Positions 50,121 to 62,965 of a stretch of 64,000 nt of DNA are shown here, piece by piece. How positions within the stretch are numbered: position 1 is the first letter of the stretch; each line of letters opens with the position of its first letter. Position numbers and translations under genes: made by a program. The notes beneath the pieces were generated by a model, which was not told the DNA's origin, ran no database searches, and was given only the letters and a program-made list of their open reading frames with translations. The stretch lies in NCBI GenBank assembly GCA_964016885.1, contig OZ024761.1, positions 8,680,001-8,744,000 on the forward strand, written 5' to 3'. This stretch comes from Eledone cirrhosa. Its lineage: Eukaryota.

Positions 50121-51399
50121 TTGACATTTGAAAGTTTTAAAGAAGTGAATCTTTAAGTAAACAAAATATATTTAATCAACAGCCACGAAATTTAGTTGAT
50201 AAATTATGTAATATTCATTCAAAGTAATCCTACTTATTTTACTAAGGGGATAAAAAATTAAAAACAGTACGCAGTCCCGCGCTTTTTACTTTATTATAGT
50301 TTAGATCACCGGTTCTCAACCCATTTAGACCAAACGCCCCTTTTGTCCCTCAAAATCACGAAACGCCCTATTTTTCCATTTTTCAATATACTACTGATTT
50401 TGATATCAGTCGATTACTAAAAAATTGATTAACAATATTCCAAAGATACCATTGCAGGCAGCTGAGAGTATAAATACATTCCTTGAAAGGAAATATATAA
50501 ATTTCAAAAAAAAAGGAACATAAATGTTCTTTTTTATGAATAAGGAAGGCGCATGGCTTAGTGGTTAGAGCATTGGGCTTGCAATCGAAAGGTTGTGAGT
50601 TCAATTCTCGGACCGGGTGATGTGTGGTTTCACTTTATTTCACATTGCTCCAGTTTACTCAGCTGTAAAAATGAGATGATAGGACTGGGGTCACTATCAT
50701 TCCACTGCAAAGTGGTCGTGCAGGTGCTACGGCAAAAAAAGCACCCAGCCCACACTGTAAAAGTGGACGTGGAGGCGTCATGGAAAAAAGCACCCAGCAC
50801 TCATTGTAAATGAGGTTGGTGTTAGGAAGGGCATCCAGCTGTAGAAATCAAGCCAGAATCAGTTTCCGTATGAGCAAGACAAGGTCAGCTGCCTGGACAC
50901 TGCCCACAACAGGACAACCCGTCTAACCCATGCTAGCATGGAAGAACGGATGTAAAACGGTGCTGTTGAAGGACCAGTTGAATTTGTTATATTCCCACTA
51001 GGCGATACCAGCTATTTTGAACATTTATACAAGAGCAACTCTATCCAAAGAGTGCTCTTATCTGGAAGAAAGTGGCAATTATATCATTTCAAAGCTTTCC
51101 AATTTTCCTTTTATTGAAACAGACAGAATAAATGTTGATATCTAACTTGATGTCCCCTCCTCTTTGTGAGCTTAGAGACCGTGGAAGGGGGTTTTCATGA
51201 CTATATAAGAGAGTATATTTATTAGTAAATGGTAAAATATACACAACAAATGAGTAAGTGAATTGTAGTCAGACTGCAACTACAAATATAAAAATTGTTA
51301 GTTTGCTTTGTAACAATAGCATATCCAAGTTTTCGGATAAATCAACTTACTTTAACTTTGACCTCATTTCAATGGAATCTTTGAGCTTCATGGAGTCTA

Positions 51400-52190
51400 G
51401 CTAACTCTTTGACATGAGGCTGACTTTTCGTAAGATGTAGCTAGCGATCTCCACGTGTAATTACATTGTAGTGGTTGCACCAAACCTCCTCTTGACTAAG
51501 TATGAGCTTGGAAAAGGCAGAGCAAATCTCTTAGCCTCTGCATGTAGGTGTGGAAATCGATGCTGAATTTCCTCTTGCATCCCAAAAAGGGGTTCACCTA
51601 TTTTGGGAAATCTAATTTTGATCATCTCATCTGCTTGAAGTTCAATGAATTCTTCCTGAAATTTAACGTCCAAATCGTCGACGGTAACTATGAAGGGATC
51701 TGCTATCCACATTGGGATGTCCATCGGCAAAAGGTCAACAAATTGTTCTCTCATGTTGTCTTGTAGCGCACGGAGGTGAGCGGTATAAATTTGGAGTTAG
51801 TCATCGCTTACAATGTTTTGAACATTGGCGACACTAGGAAAATTATAGAATTCCCGTCAACAAAGATTCCTTTCGATGACATTCAATTTGGCCAGGAATG
51901 TTTTAACAGCATTCCTTGTTTTAAGCAAGGTGATCTTCTTCCCCTGCAAAGCCATAATGACGCTATTGCATTTGTCAAAGATGTTAGCGAGGTAGGTGCA
52001 GTCTTGCCTCAGATCGAGGGTTTTCTTGTACAGTTCTGTGTGCGTCCTCGAAGAAACTCAATGATAGAGTCGAACAGTTCAAAGAAGTGAGTAAGGCCCT
52101 TTGAAAACCACTTCAGTTCAGTATGAAGGAGCAACTTGCCAAATTCTTCGTCATTATCTTGACACAGTTTACAGGCAAAAACAGAGACCC
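51400..52190 (-). mobile_element. hAT (Charlie/Buster-like) transposase remnant
   Basis: LLLHTELKWFSKG (cf. LLLHTEVRWLS.G) and PFPSSYLV dimerisation-domain motif; possible terminus CACCGGTTCTCAACC at 50306. Confidence 0.75.
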
Positions 52191-52774
52191 GGGGATAGAC
52201 ACCGAGCAAGATGGTTGGATAACATCCATGAGCCTTCTTGGCAGGTCACGCTTGGGGATCCAGTCTGATCAGTTGGAAATGTTTGCTTCTGACAGGCCCT
52301 GCTGAAGGGTGTGTTTGAGGACTCTGTCCCCACAAGCCTTCCAGGAATAGGTAGGCAAAGAAGGTTTCACTTTCAGAACCAGTTTGTTGAAAGGTGAGTG
52401 AGAGAGGCAAGCATGCCCTGAGTATACGTCTGTAGACTGGAGAGGGCCCTTACTCTAGGGGTCAGAGTGACCATGCTAGCAAAGAAAAGGACATCAACCC
52501 ATTAACACTTACATTACTCTATATATACTATTGTATTTTCACGGTAAATGCTTTACCTCATAACATTTACATTACTCTATATTGTATTTTCACAGTAAAA
52601 AAGTTTGCACCCAAAGGGGGTGCTGGCGTAAAAAAGGTTGGGAAACCCTGATATAGAGTAATGAAAATGCTAAAGGGTTAAATAATGATGCCGATGATGA
52701 TGATGTATGAACATTTTTTCTTGTTCCTAAATTTGAAAATACTTAAAAAAATTTTTTTTTTTCCCCAGCTTCCA

Positions 52775-53795
52775 ATGGAACATCTTTGCCAATATGCCAG
52801 CAGTGGCTCTGCTACAGACTCAGACACTGAAGAAATCATTAATATTAGTCCAAAACGAAAGTATCAGCCAAATTTCTTTGGTTTGAATGATGATGATGAT
52901 GATGATGATGGTGGTGGTGGCAATGATGGTGGTGGTGGTGGTGGTGGTGGAAAGAACAAGCATGACAAAAGTAAGGGAGGAGAAACTGCTTCAGTCGCTG
53001 GTACAACAAATTTCTGGCGTAAAAATCTTCGTCAGACTGCGTCAGAATTTGTCGTAACCCATGATGGAGCCCACATCTCATTACCATCTGTGAGTTTCTG
53101 GGAAGGAATTACTGAAGAAGAAATCTCCAATGCCGAAATGTTGAAAGAACATTTTGTAAAAACTGTCAGTGATTCTATAACTTCAATAAAACCATCACAA
53201 CCACCATCATCACCATTTGAAGAAGATAACGACAATAGAGATGGGGAAGATACTGGTAAACAAGAGACACCTCCAGTGTCTAGTACTAAGACAATCTCTG
53301 ATGTAATGGAAGCATCCAGCATAAAACCTTACACGAACAAACGGCAAAGACTTGAGAAACCAGTGAACCAGAGTTATGGAGAAGAGTCATTAAGTTTACC
53401 TGTACCAGTGATAGATTCAGCTGGAAAGAAACGCAAACTATATTTTGTTCATGGTAAAATTGCTCCATACCAGTCCAGCTGCAGCAATAGTGGTAGTAGT
53501 GGTAGTTTTTCTGGCCAAAACCAGATAGCTAAGAAGAAAGAAAGCACATTACATTCGCATGTAGGATCAATTAACCGTATTAGGTGGTGCGTCCCTCAAT
53601 ACAGTCATCTGCTATTGTCTGTGGCAGATGACTCCCTAGTTAAGATATGGAACATCTGGAGCCAGTTGGATCCCTGTGTCCAGATCCTAAGGCATCATTC
53701 AAGCTGTGTTAAAGATGCAGAATGGAGCACATGTGGCCATCACATACTCACATGTGGTTATGACCGAAAAGCTATCGTGACTGATGTGGAGACAG
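52775..53795 (+). CDS. WDR25: WD repeat-containing protein 25, first coding exon
   Basis: Acceptor at 52767-52768, ATG 52775; low-complexity N-terminus then LHSHVGSINRIRWCVPQYSHLLLSVADDSLVKIWN..WSTCGHHILTCGYD..DVETG; G|GT donor phase 1. Confidence 0.88.
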
Positions 53796-53822
53796 GTGGG
53801 TTCTCAACTATATTTTTACTCA

Positions 53823-56800
53823 TATCATCATCATCATCATTGTTTTACGTCCATTTCTCCATGCTGGCATGGGTTAGACAAGTTATCCTGTTGTGGGCAA
53901 TGTTAGGTCAGATGACCTTGTCTTGCTCATACAGAACTGATTCTGGCTTGATTTCTACAGCTGGATGCCCTTCCTAACACCAACCTCATTTACTGTGAGT
54001 GCTGGGTGCTTTTTTACCGTGGTGCCTACACAACCACTTTACAGTGTGTACTGGGTACTTTTTGTCGTGACACCTACATGACCACTTTACAGTGTGTACT
54101 GGGTACTTTTTGTCGTGACACCTACACAACCACTTTACAGTGTGTACTGGGTACTTTTTGTTGTGACACCTACACAACCACTTTACAGTGTGTACTGGGT
54201 ACTTTTTGTCGTGACGCCTACACAACCACTTTACAGTGTGTACTGGGTACTTTTTGTCGTGACGCCTACACAACCACTTTACAGTGTGTACTGGGTACTT
54301 TTTGTCGTGATACCTACACAACCACTTTACAGTGTGTACTGGGTACTTTTTGTCGTGATACCTACACAACCACTTTACAGTGTGTACTGGGTACTTTTTG
54401 TCGTGATACCTACACAACCACTTTACAGTGTGTACTGGGTACTTTTTGTCGTGACGCCTACACAACCACTTTACAGTGTGTACTGGGTACTTTTTGTCGT
54501 GACGCCTACACAACTACTTTACAGTGTGTACTGGGTACTTTTTGTCGTGACGCCTACACAACCACTTTACAGTGTGTACTGGGTACTTTTTGTCGTGACG
54601 CCTACACAACCACTTTACAGTGTGTACTGGGTACTTTTTGTCGTGACGCCTACACAACCACTTTACAGTGTGTACTGGGTACTTTTTGTCGTGACGCCTA
54701 CACAACTACTTTACAGTGTGTACTGGGTACTTTTTGTCGTGACGCCTACACAACCACTTTACAGTGTGTACTGGGTACTTTTTGTCGTGACGCCTACACA
54801 ACCACTTTACAGTGTGTACTGGGTACTTTTTGTCGTGATACCTACACAACCACTTTACAGTGTGTACTGGGTACTTTTTGTCGTGACACCTACACAACCA
54901 CTTTACAGTGTGTACTGGGTACTTTTTGTCGTGATACCTACACAACCACTTTACAGTGTGTACTGGGTACTTTTTGTCGTGACGCCTACACAACCACTTT
55001 ACAGTGTGTACTGGGTACTTTTTGTCGTGATACCTACACAACCACTTTACAGTGTGTACTGGGTACTTTTTGTCGTGACACCTACACAACCACTTTACAG
55101 TGTGTACTGGGTACTTTTTGTCGTGACGCCTACACAACCACTTTACAGTGTGTACTGGGTACTTTTTGTCGTGACGCCTACACAACCACTTTACAGTGTG
55201 TACTGGGTACTTTTTGTTGTGACACCTACACAACCACTTTACAGTGTGTACTGGGTACTTTTTGTCGTGACGCCTACACAACCACTTTACAGTGTGGACT
55301 GGGTACTTTTTGTCGTGACACCTACATGATCACTTTACAGTGTGGGCTGGGTACTTTTTGTCATGTCACCTACACAACCACTTTACAGTGTGGGCTCGTG
55401 CTTTTGTCATGTCACCTACATGACCACTTTACAGTGTGGGCTGGGTACTTTTTGTTGTGACACCTACATGACCACTTTACAGTGTGGACTGGGTACTTTT
55501 TGTCGTGACACCTACATGATCACTTTACAGTGTGGACTGGGTACTTTTTGTCATGTCACCTACACAACCACTTTACAGTGTGGGCTCGTGCTTTTTGTCA
55601 TGTCACCTACATGACCACTTTACAGTGTGGGCTGGGTACTTTTTGTCATGTCACCTACATGACCACTTTACAGTGTGGGCTGGGTACTTTTTGTTGTGAC
55701 ACCTACATGACCACTTTACAGTGCGGGCTGGGTACTTTTTGTTGTGACACCTACATGACCACTTTACAGTGTGTACTGGGTGCTTTTTGTCGTGACACCT
55801 ACATGATCACTTTACAGTGTGAGCTGGGTACTTTTTGTCATGTCACTTACACAACCACTTTACAGTGTGGGCTGGGTACTTTTTGTCGTGACGCCTACAC
55901 AACCACTTTACAGTGTGTACTGGGTACTTTTTGTCGTGATACCTACACAACCACTTTACAGTGTGTACTGGGTACTTTTTGTCGTGACGCCTACACAACC
56001 ACTTTACAGTGTGTACTGGGTACTTTTTGTTGTGACGCCTACACAACCACTTTACAGTGTGTACTGGGTACTTTTTGTCGTGACGCCTACACAACCACTT
56101 TACAGTGTGTACTGGGTACTTTTTGTCGTGACGCCTACACAACCACTTTACAGTGTGGACTGGGTACTTTTTGTCATGTCACCTACACAACCACTTTACA
56201 GTGTGGGCTCGTGCTTTTTGTCATGTCACCTACATGACCACTTTACAGTGTGGGCTGGGTACTTTTTGTTGTGACACCTACATGACCACTTTACAGTGCG
56301 GGCTGGGTACTTTTTGTTGTGACACCTACATGACCACTTTACAGTGTGTACTGGGTGCTTTTTGTCGTGACACCTACATGATCACTTTACAGTGTGAGCT
56401 GGGTACTTTTTGTCATGTCACCTACACAACCACTTTACAGTGTGGGCTGGGTACTTTTTGTTGTGACACCTACATGACCACTTTACAGTGTGGGCTTTGT
56501 GCTTTTTGTTGTGACACCTACATGACCACTTTACAGTGTGGGCTGGGTACTTTTTGTCATGTCACTTACATGACCACTTTACAGTGTGGGCTGGGTACTT
56601 TTTGTCATGTCACCTACACAACCACTTCACAGTGTGGGCTGGGTACTTTTTGTCGTGACACCTACATGACCACTTTACAGTGTGGGCTGGGTGCTTTTTG
56701 TCGTGACGCCCACCCAACCACTTTACAGTGTGGGCTGGGTACTTTTTGTCGTGATGCCTACACAGCCACTTTATAGTGTGGGCTGGGTACTTTTTGTCGT

Positions 56801-57675
56801 GACACCTACACGACCACTTTACAGTGTGGGCTGGGTACTTTTTGTCGTGACGCCCACCCGACCACTTTACAGTGTGGGCTGGGTACTTTTTGTTGTGACA
56901 CCTACATGACCACTTTACAGTGCGGGCTGGGTACTTTTTGTTGTGACACCTACATGACCACTTTACAGTGTGTACTGGGTGCTTTTTGTCGTGACACCTA
57001 CATGATCACTTTACAGTGTGAGCTGGGTACTTTTTGTCATGTCACCTACACAACCACTTTACAGTGTGGGCTGGGTACTTTTTGTTGTGACACCTACATG
57101 ACCACTTTACAGTGTGGGCTTTGTGCTTTTTGTTGTGACACCTACATGACCACTTTACAGTGTGGGCTGGGTACTTTTTGTCATGTCACCTACACAACCA
57201 CTTCACAGTGTGGGCTGGGTACTTTTTGTCGTGACACCTACATGACCACTTTACAGTGTGGGCTGGGTGCTTTTTGTCGTGACGCCCACCCAACCACTTT
57301 ACAGTGTGGGCTGGGTACTTTTTGTCGTGATGCCTACACAACCACTTTATAGTGTGGGCTGGGTACTTTTTGTCGTGACACCTACACGACCACTTTACAG
57401 TGTGGGCTGGGTACTTTTTGTCGTGACGCCCACCCGACCACTTTACAGTGTGGGCTGGATACTTTTTGTCGTGATGCCTACACAACCACTATAGTGTGGG
57501 CTGGGTACTTTTTGTCGTGACACCTACACTACCACTTTACAGTGTGTACTGGGTACTTTTTGTCGTGACGCCCACCCGACCACTTTACAGTGTGGGCTGG
57601 ATACTTTTTGTCGTGATGCCTACACAACCACTATAGTGTGGGCTGGGTACTTTTTGTCGTGACACCTACACTACC
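53823..57675 (-). repeat. SINE/LINE tail expanded into a 3.7-kb 48-bp tandem array (54006-57675)
   Basis: (CAT)n tail at 53823 leads through the SINE 3' part into unit CTGGGTACTTTTTGTCGTGACRCCTACACAACCACTTTACAGTGTGTA. Confidence 0.92.
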
Positions 57676-57966
57676 ACCACTACATAATATTGAATCTATG
57701 AGATTTTGAAAGTATTTATTTTGAGAACAATACCATAACATCAGTTTGAGCGACCAGTTACAGCCAGTTTCAACAGAAAAAGGTAGAGAATTCTGGCCAG
57801 TTTGAACATTAAAGGGTTAAACCATTTTAATGTCCCGGTCCTCCACCAGACCCCAGACTCTCTTCCGCCACCAACCTCCACCATCCCCTCATCTTCACAA
57901 AAAAACCCCCCAAAATCTTTCTCTTTTCCAGAACCCCTCATAAATCTTCTCTTCTCTCCTATACAG

Positions 57967-58136
57967 GATCTGCCTTACAAATACTCAGCCATCGTGAGGT
58001 GGTACCTTGTGCTCGTTACCACCCGGTCAATACTAACTTAGTGTTGACCGGTACTAGGGATGTTATCTACTCTTGGGACCTGCGGACTTCACAAGAACCT
58101 CTTATGTACTATACATACAAAGATACACTCGGCACC
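57967..58136 (+). CDS. WDR25: WDR25 coding exon
   Basis: CAG acceptor, GTAAGT donor, phase 1-0; GSALQILSHREVVPCARYHPVNTNLVLTGTRDVIYSWDLRT. Confidence 0.88.
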
Positions 58137-58161
58137 GTAAGTTGTTAGTTGTATACAAATG

Positions 58162-58908
58162 CCACTACCACCACTACTACTACCACTACTACTACTACTA
58201 CAACCATTACCACCACAACCACTACCACTATCACTACTACTACAACTACTTCCACCACTACTACCACCATCACCACTACTACTACCACTACTACTACAAC
58301 CATTACCACCACCACCACTATTACTACAACCACTATCACTACTACTACTACAACTACTTCCACCACTACTACCACCATCACCACCACCACTACTATTACC
58401 ACCATCACCACTACCACTACAACTACTACTACTACTACTTCCACCACTACTACTACTACCACCACCACCACCATCACCACTATTACTACAACTATTTGCA
58501 CCACTACTACTACCACTACTACTACAACCATTACCACCACCACCACTACTACTACAACCACTACCACAACCACTATCACTACTACTACTACAACTACTTC
58601 CACCACTACTATTACCACCACCACCACAACTACTACTACTACTACCACAACCACTACTACTACCACTACTACTTCCACCACTACTACCACCACCACCACC
58701 ACTTCCACCACTACTACCACCACCACCACCACTACTACTACTACTACTTCCACCACCACTACTACTACCACCACCACCACCACTACTACTACTACTACTA
58801 CTTCCACCACCACTACTACTACCACTACCACCACCACTACCACCACCACCACAACCACCACTACTACTACCACCACCACCACCACCAGCACTACAACAAC
58901 AATAACTA
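58162..58908. repeat. ACC/ACT trinucleotide mosaic filling most of an intron
   Basis: Source of the poly-T/H/Y/V ORFs. Confidence 0.95.
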
Positions 58909-58945
58909 CACTAAAGACACATAAATATATGTTCTATATTTCCAG

Positions 58946-59083
58946 ATCCAAGACATCCAGTTCTCCCAAGATGGAGAAATATTCTTCAGTTGCTGTGATA
59001 TTGTCAGTCAAGATTCCGCTGACCGCAGTATAATGGCTTGGCACTATAAAACCGGTGTGGTCCTCTCCAACCAGATCTATCAT
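58946..59083 (+). CDS. WDR25: WDR25 coding exon
   Basis: 138 nt phase 0-0; IQDIQFSQDGEIFFSCCDIVSQDSADRSIMAWHYKTGVVLSNQIYH, WDR25 'DSADRTIIAW..SNQIFH' motif. Confidence 0.92.
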
Positions 59084-59494
59084 GTATGTAGTATATTTAG
59101 TTTGCTTCTCATTTACCTTATATATATATATATGTCATCATTCATCATCATTTCATTTTATGTCCACTTTTTCCCTGCTTGCAAGGGTGGGACGTGAACT
59201 GATTCTGGCTTGATTTCTACAGCTGGATGCCCTTCCTAACACCAACCTCATTTACAGTGAGTGCTGGGTGCTTTTTTGTCGTGGCACCTCCACGACCACA
59301 TTGCAGTGGAATGATAGGGACCCTCAGTCCCTATCATCTCATTTCTACAGCTGAGTAAACTGGAGCAATGTGAAATAAAGTGTCTTGCTCAAGGAAACAA
59401 CACGTCACCCGGTCTGAGAATTGAACTCACAACCTTTCGATTGCAAGGCCAATGCTCTAACCACTAAGCCATGTGCCTCTCTCTCTCTCTCTCC

Positions 59495-59525
<31 letters not shown>

Positions 59526-59538
59526 AATATAAGTATAT

Positions 59539-59596
<58 letters not shown>

Positions 59597-59794
59597 AATG
59601 AGAGGTACAGAGATTGTTTTAGCAAGAAGCTAACGGCATTCTATAACATATATGCGACTATAACGTCAAGATGGGAAAAGTAGTTATACATATATATATA
59701 TAAAAAAGTTAAACAAGGTTCAATGAATACATCAAAGAATGAGTTTTACAATAGATTGGAAGCACTCAACAGAAAAGGTTTTCCAGAGTTATTA

Positions 59795-60126
59795 ATATTA
59801 ATTTAAAATATTAACAAAATAGATATTCTTGTGATCAATTATATTTTATTATACATATTTCAGAGGTACTGAATTATGTTCAACAGTACGTCCTCATCAG
59901 ATAAAATAAAATGATGCATGACATATCCTGACATAGTAGATGGTTAAGATTCAGTCATACTACCATGACTGAATCTTAACCACCTACTGTCAGGATATGT
60001 CATGCATCATTTTATTTTATCTGATGAGGACGTACTGTTGAACATAATTCAGTACCTCTGAAATATGTATAATAAAATATAATTGATCACAAGAATATCT
60101 ATTTTGTTAATATTTTAAATTAATAT
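59795..60126. repeat. Long inverted repeat, ~163-bp arms, 6-bp spacer
   Basis: Centre TCAGTCAT-ACTACC-ATGACTGA at 59951-59972. Confidence 0.95.
60013..60079 (+). ncRNA. Minimal type I hammerhead ribozyme (mirror copy on - strand 59842-59908)
   Basis: Stem I TATTTTAT/ATAAAATA; CTGATGA 60021-60027; stem II GGA.GTACTG/CAGTAC.TCT; GAAA; short near-palindromic stem III; predicted cleavage after ATA 60071. Confidence 0.75.
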
Positions 60127-60482
60127 ATATATATATATATATATATATCATCACTGTTTTACGTCTATTCTTCACTCCTCAAGTACTCCTTCCAGTGGGT
60201 CCTGTCAAAAGCAACTGTCTCCAATTAATCTGGCTGGATCCCCTAGCAAGACCAGTCAAACTCATGGGTGTTGCACAACCATCATGTTTGGGGTCTACCT
60301 CCTGGGCCTCCTGCCAGTTGATTTTTGCACATAAAAGCTTTCCCAAGACATTCTAAACAGATGCCCCTAATATCAGAGCTGTGATATCTCTGACCGCAGT
60401 ATAAAACTGGTGTGGTCTTCTCCAACCAGATCTATCATGTATGTGGTATATTTAGCTTGCTTCTCATTTACCTTATATATCT

Positions 60483-60842
60483 CTAGGGCGGGTAAAATTC
60501 CCGAGATCCATGGACGAGTTTTCTCCAGCGGTCTCTGTCCCTCATTATCGCTGCCATGTCCTGCGTCTCCAACAGACCAGTGTCTGTCCTTAGGGCATCA
60601 ACATATGTTAACCTTGGTATTCCTCTTCCAGTGTGTCCATGTAGGGGCTCCCAAAGGAGCACTGAGTGCAATGTCAACTCTGGATATCGGTGAGCATGTC
60701 CAGCTAACCTCAGTCTTCTCTGTGTCACTTTTGAGCTGACTTTTGGGATGCTCCCATACAGCTCTGAGTTTTTCATCCTCAGTGTATACTGATTAATGTT
60801 CAGAGCCACCCTCAACATTCTCGTGTAGCACCCATCCACCAT
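60483..60842 (-). mobile_element. LINE ORF C-terminal fragment (RTEX-like)
   Basis: DGCYTRMLR..RRLRLAGH..LLWEP.HG..GRG.PRLTYVD. Confidence 0.7.
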
Positions 60843-62107
60843 CTGAGTGAGTGTCTTACCTTATTCGAGTGGCGCCGGTAAGGTAAGAAATATGGAGAGT
60901 CGATCTAACAGCACTAGGGTTAGAGCCCCTAATTACACCAAGAAACCTTATATATATATATATATATATCATCATCATCACTGTTTTACGTCTATTCGTC
61001 CACGCTAGCATGGGTTAGACGGGTTGTCCTGTTGTGGGCAATGCTAGGTCAAGTAACCATGTCTTGCTTATACAAAACTGATTCTGGCTTGGATTCTACA
61101 GCTAGATGTCCTTCATAACCCCAACCTCATTTACAGTGAGCTCGAGGTGCTTTTTGTCGTGACACCTACACATCCACTTTACAGTGAGGACTGGGCACTT
61201 GCTTTTGTCATGACATCTACATGACCACTATAGTGAGCTGGGCCCTTTTCTCATGGCTCCAGGGGGCATCACTTTGTAGAGGAGGTTGGAAGGGGTGGGG
61301 CAGATGCTTTGGGAAATTGGGGATGTAGGTGTATGGGAGGTGAGATGGTAGGGAATGGTGTTGCCTACTAGGTATATACCTCAACCAAAAAATAATAGAA
61401 GGTGGGGTCTTCTGTAATACTTCAAAATGCCAGACGTGACAGTCCTGTGTCATCGCCTTAGTGAGGTGTAATTGAGAAAAAGTCAGCTCTTATTACCTCA
61501 TCCAAAGTCGTCCTAGGCCTGCCTACTCCATGGCTACCATCAACTTTTGAGCGCTCTGCACCTTTTTATACAGCTGTCATCCTTCATACGCATCACATGA
61601 CCATACCAAAACAATCCCCTCTGCTGCACACATCTGATCCCTCTTATGCCTAAATTCTCGCTTAGTTCATTTATGCTTTGCTGTTCGCATATATTACTAT
61701 TACACATCCCTTGAAGCATGGAGGTTTCATTTCTTTCCCATCCTCTCAGGTCCTCTGTACACAGAGCCCAGATCTCGCTGCTAAGCAACTTAGTTGTTTT
61801 TATGCATGCATCATACAGTCTGCCTTTATATATATATATATATTTATTAAAATAACAGATTAAAGTTTAAGCAAAGAATCGTTATTTTAATAAATATTTA
61901 TCTTTATCGAGTCCTCTTTGGATTTTAGTCTTCTAATTTATTATTATTACTATATATATTCTGAGTTCAAATCCCGCCGAGGTTAACTTTGCCTTTCATC
62001 CTTACAGGGTCGATAAAATAAAGTACCAGTAATACACTGGGTAATTGCTGGCCTTGTGCCTAACATAGAAACAATTACTATATATATATATATATATATA
62101 TACACAA

Positions 62108-62141
<34 letters not shown>

Positions 62142-62678
62142 CATCTCCAACCAGATCTATCATGAATGTAGTATATATAATTTGCCTCTCATTTACCATA
62201 TATCTATATATATATCACGGGCTGGGTGCTTTTTGTTGTGTCACCTACACGACCACATACTAAATAGGGCTCAACTTTTACACGAGTCATTTCATTTTAC
62301 GTCCGCTTTTCCCTGCTTGCAAGGGTGGGACGGGAACTGATTCTGGCTTGATTTCTACAGCTGGATGCCCTTCCTAACACCAACCTCATTTACAGTGAGT
62401 GCTGGGTGCTTTTTTGCCGTGGCACCTCCACGACCACTTTGCAGTGGAATGATAGGGACTGGGGTCCCTATCATCTCATTTCTACAGCTGAGTAAACTGG
62501 AGCAATGTGAAATAAAGTGTCTTGCTCAAGGAGACAACACATCACCCGGTCTGAGAATTGAACACACAACCTTTCGATTGTAAGGCCAATGCTCTAACCA
62601 CTAAGCCATGTGCCTCCCGAGTATATATGATAATTAATTAGTAATCAATATTTGTATTTGTTCTTCCTCAATTTACAG

Positions 62679-62819
62679 GAGAAATACACTTGTACTCGAC
62701 TTGGTCAACATCCCGCAGAGAATACATTTCTAGCCCAGAGTCAGGGAGGCTACATTGCTTTATTTTCTTCTAAAACACCTTTCAAGATGGAAAAATCTAG
62801 GAGATTTGAGAAACATAAG
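62679..62819 (+). CDS. WDR25: WDR25 coding exon
   Basis: 141 nt phase 0-0; EKYTCTRLGQHPAENTFLAQSQGGYIALFSSKTPFKMEKSRRFEKHK; remaining coding sequence outside the window. Confidence 0.92.
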
Positions 62820-62965
62820 GTCTGTACCCTCTTTGCTGACTTCCAGATTAACACATTTGCTGTGTGTATGTGTAAGTGTAATTCAAAGTGAAGGTACATA
62901 ACTCAGTGGTTAGGGATTGGGGCTCATGATCATAAAGATGTGTCGGATTCCTGGATGGGGAGGGG

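Noticed and set aside
53986-57494. Cys/His-rich repeat ORFs and CRISPR-like regularity
   Set aside because: Contiguous 48-bp units with no unique spacers, traceable to a SINE tail in a eukaryotic intron.
58073-59033. Poly-Thr mucin-like or poly-His/Tyr ORFs
   Set aside because: Trinucleotide mosaic inside a WDR25 intron defined by phase-consistent flanking exons.
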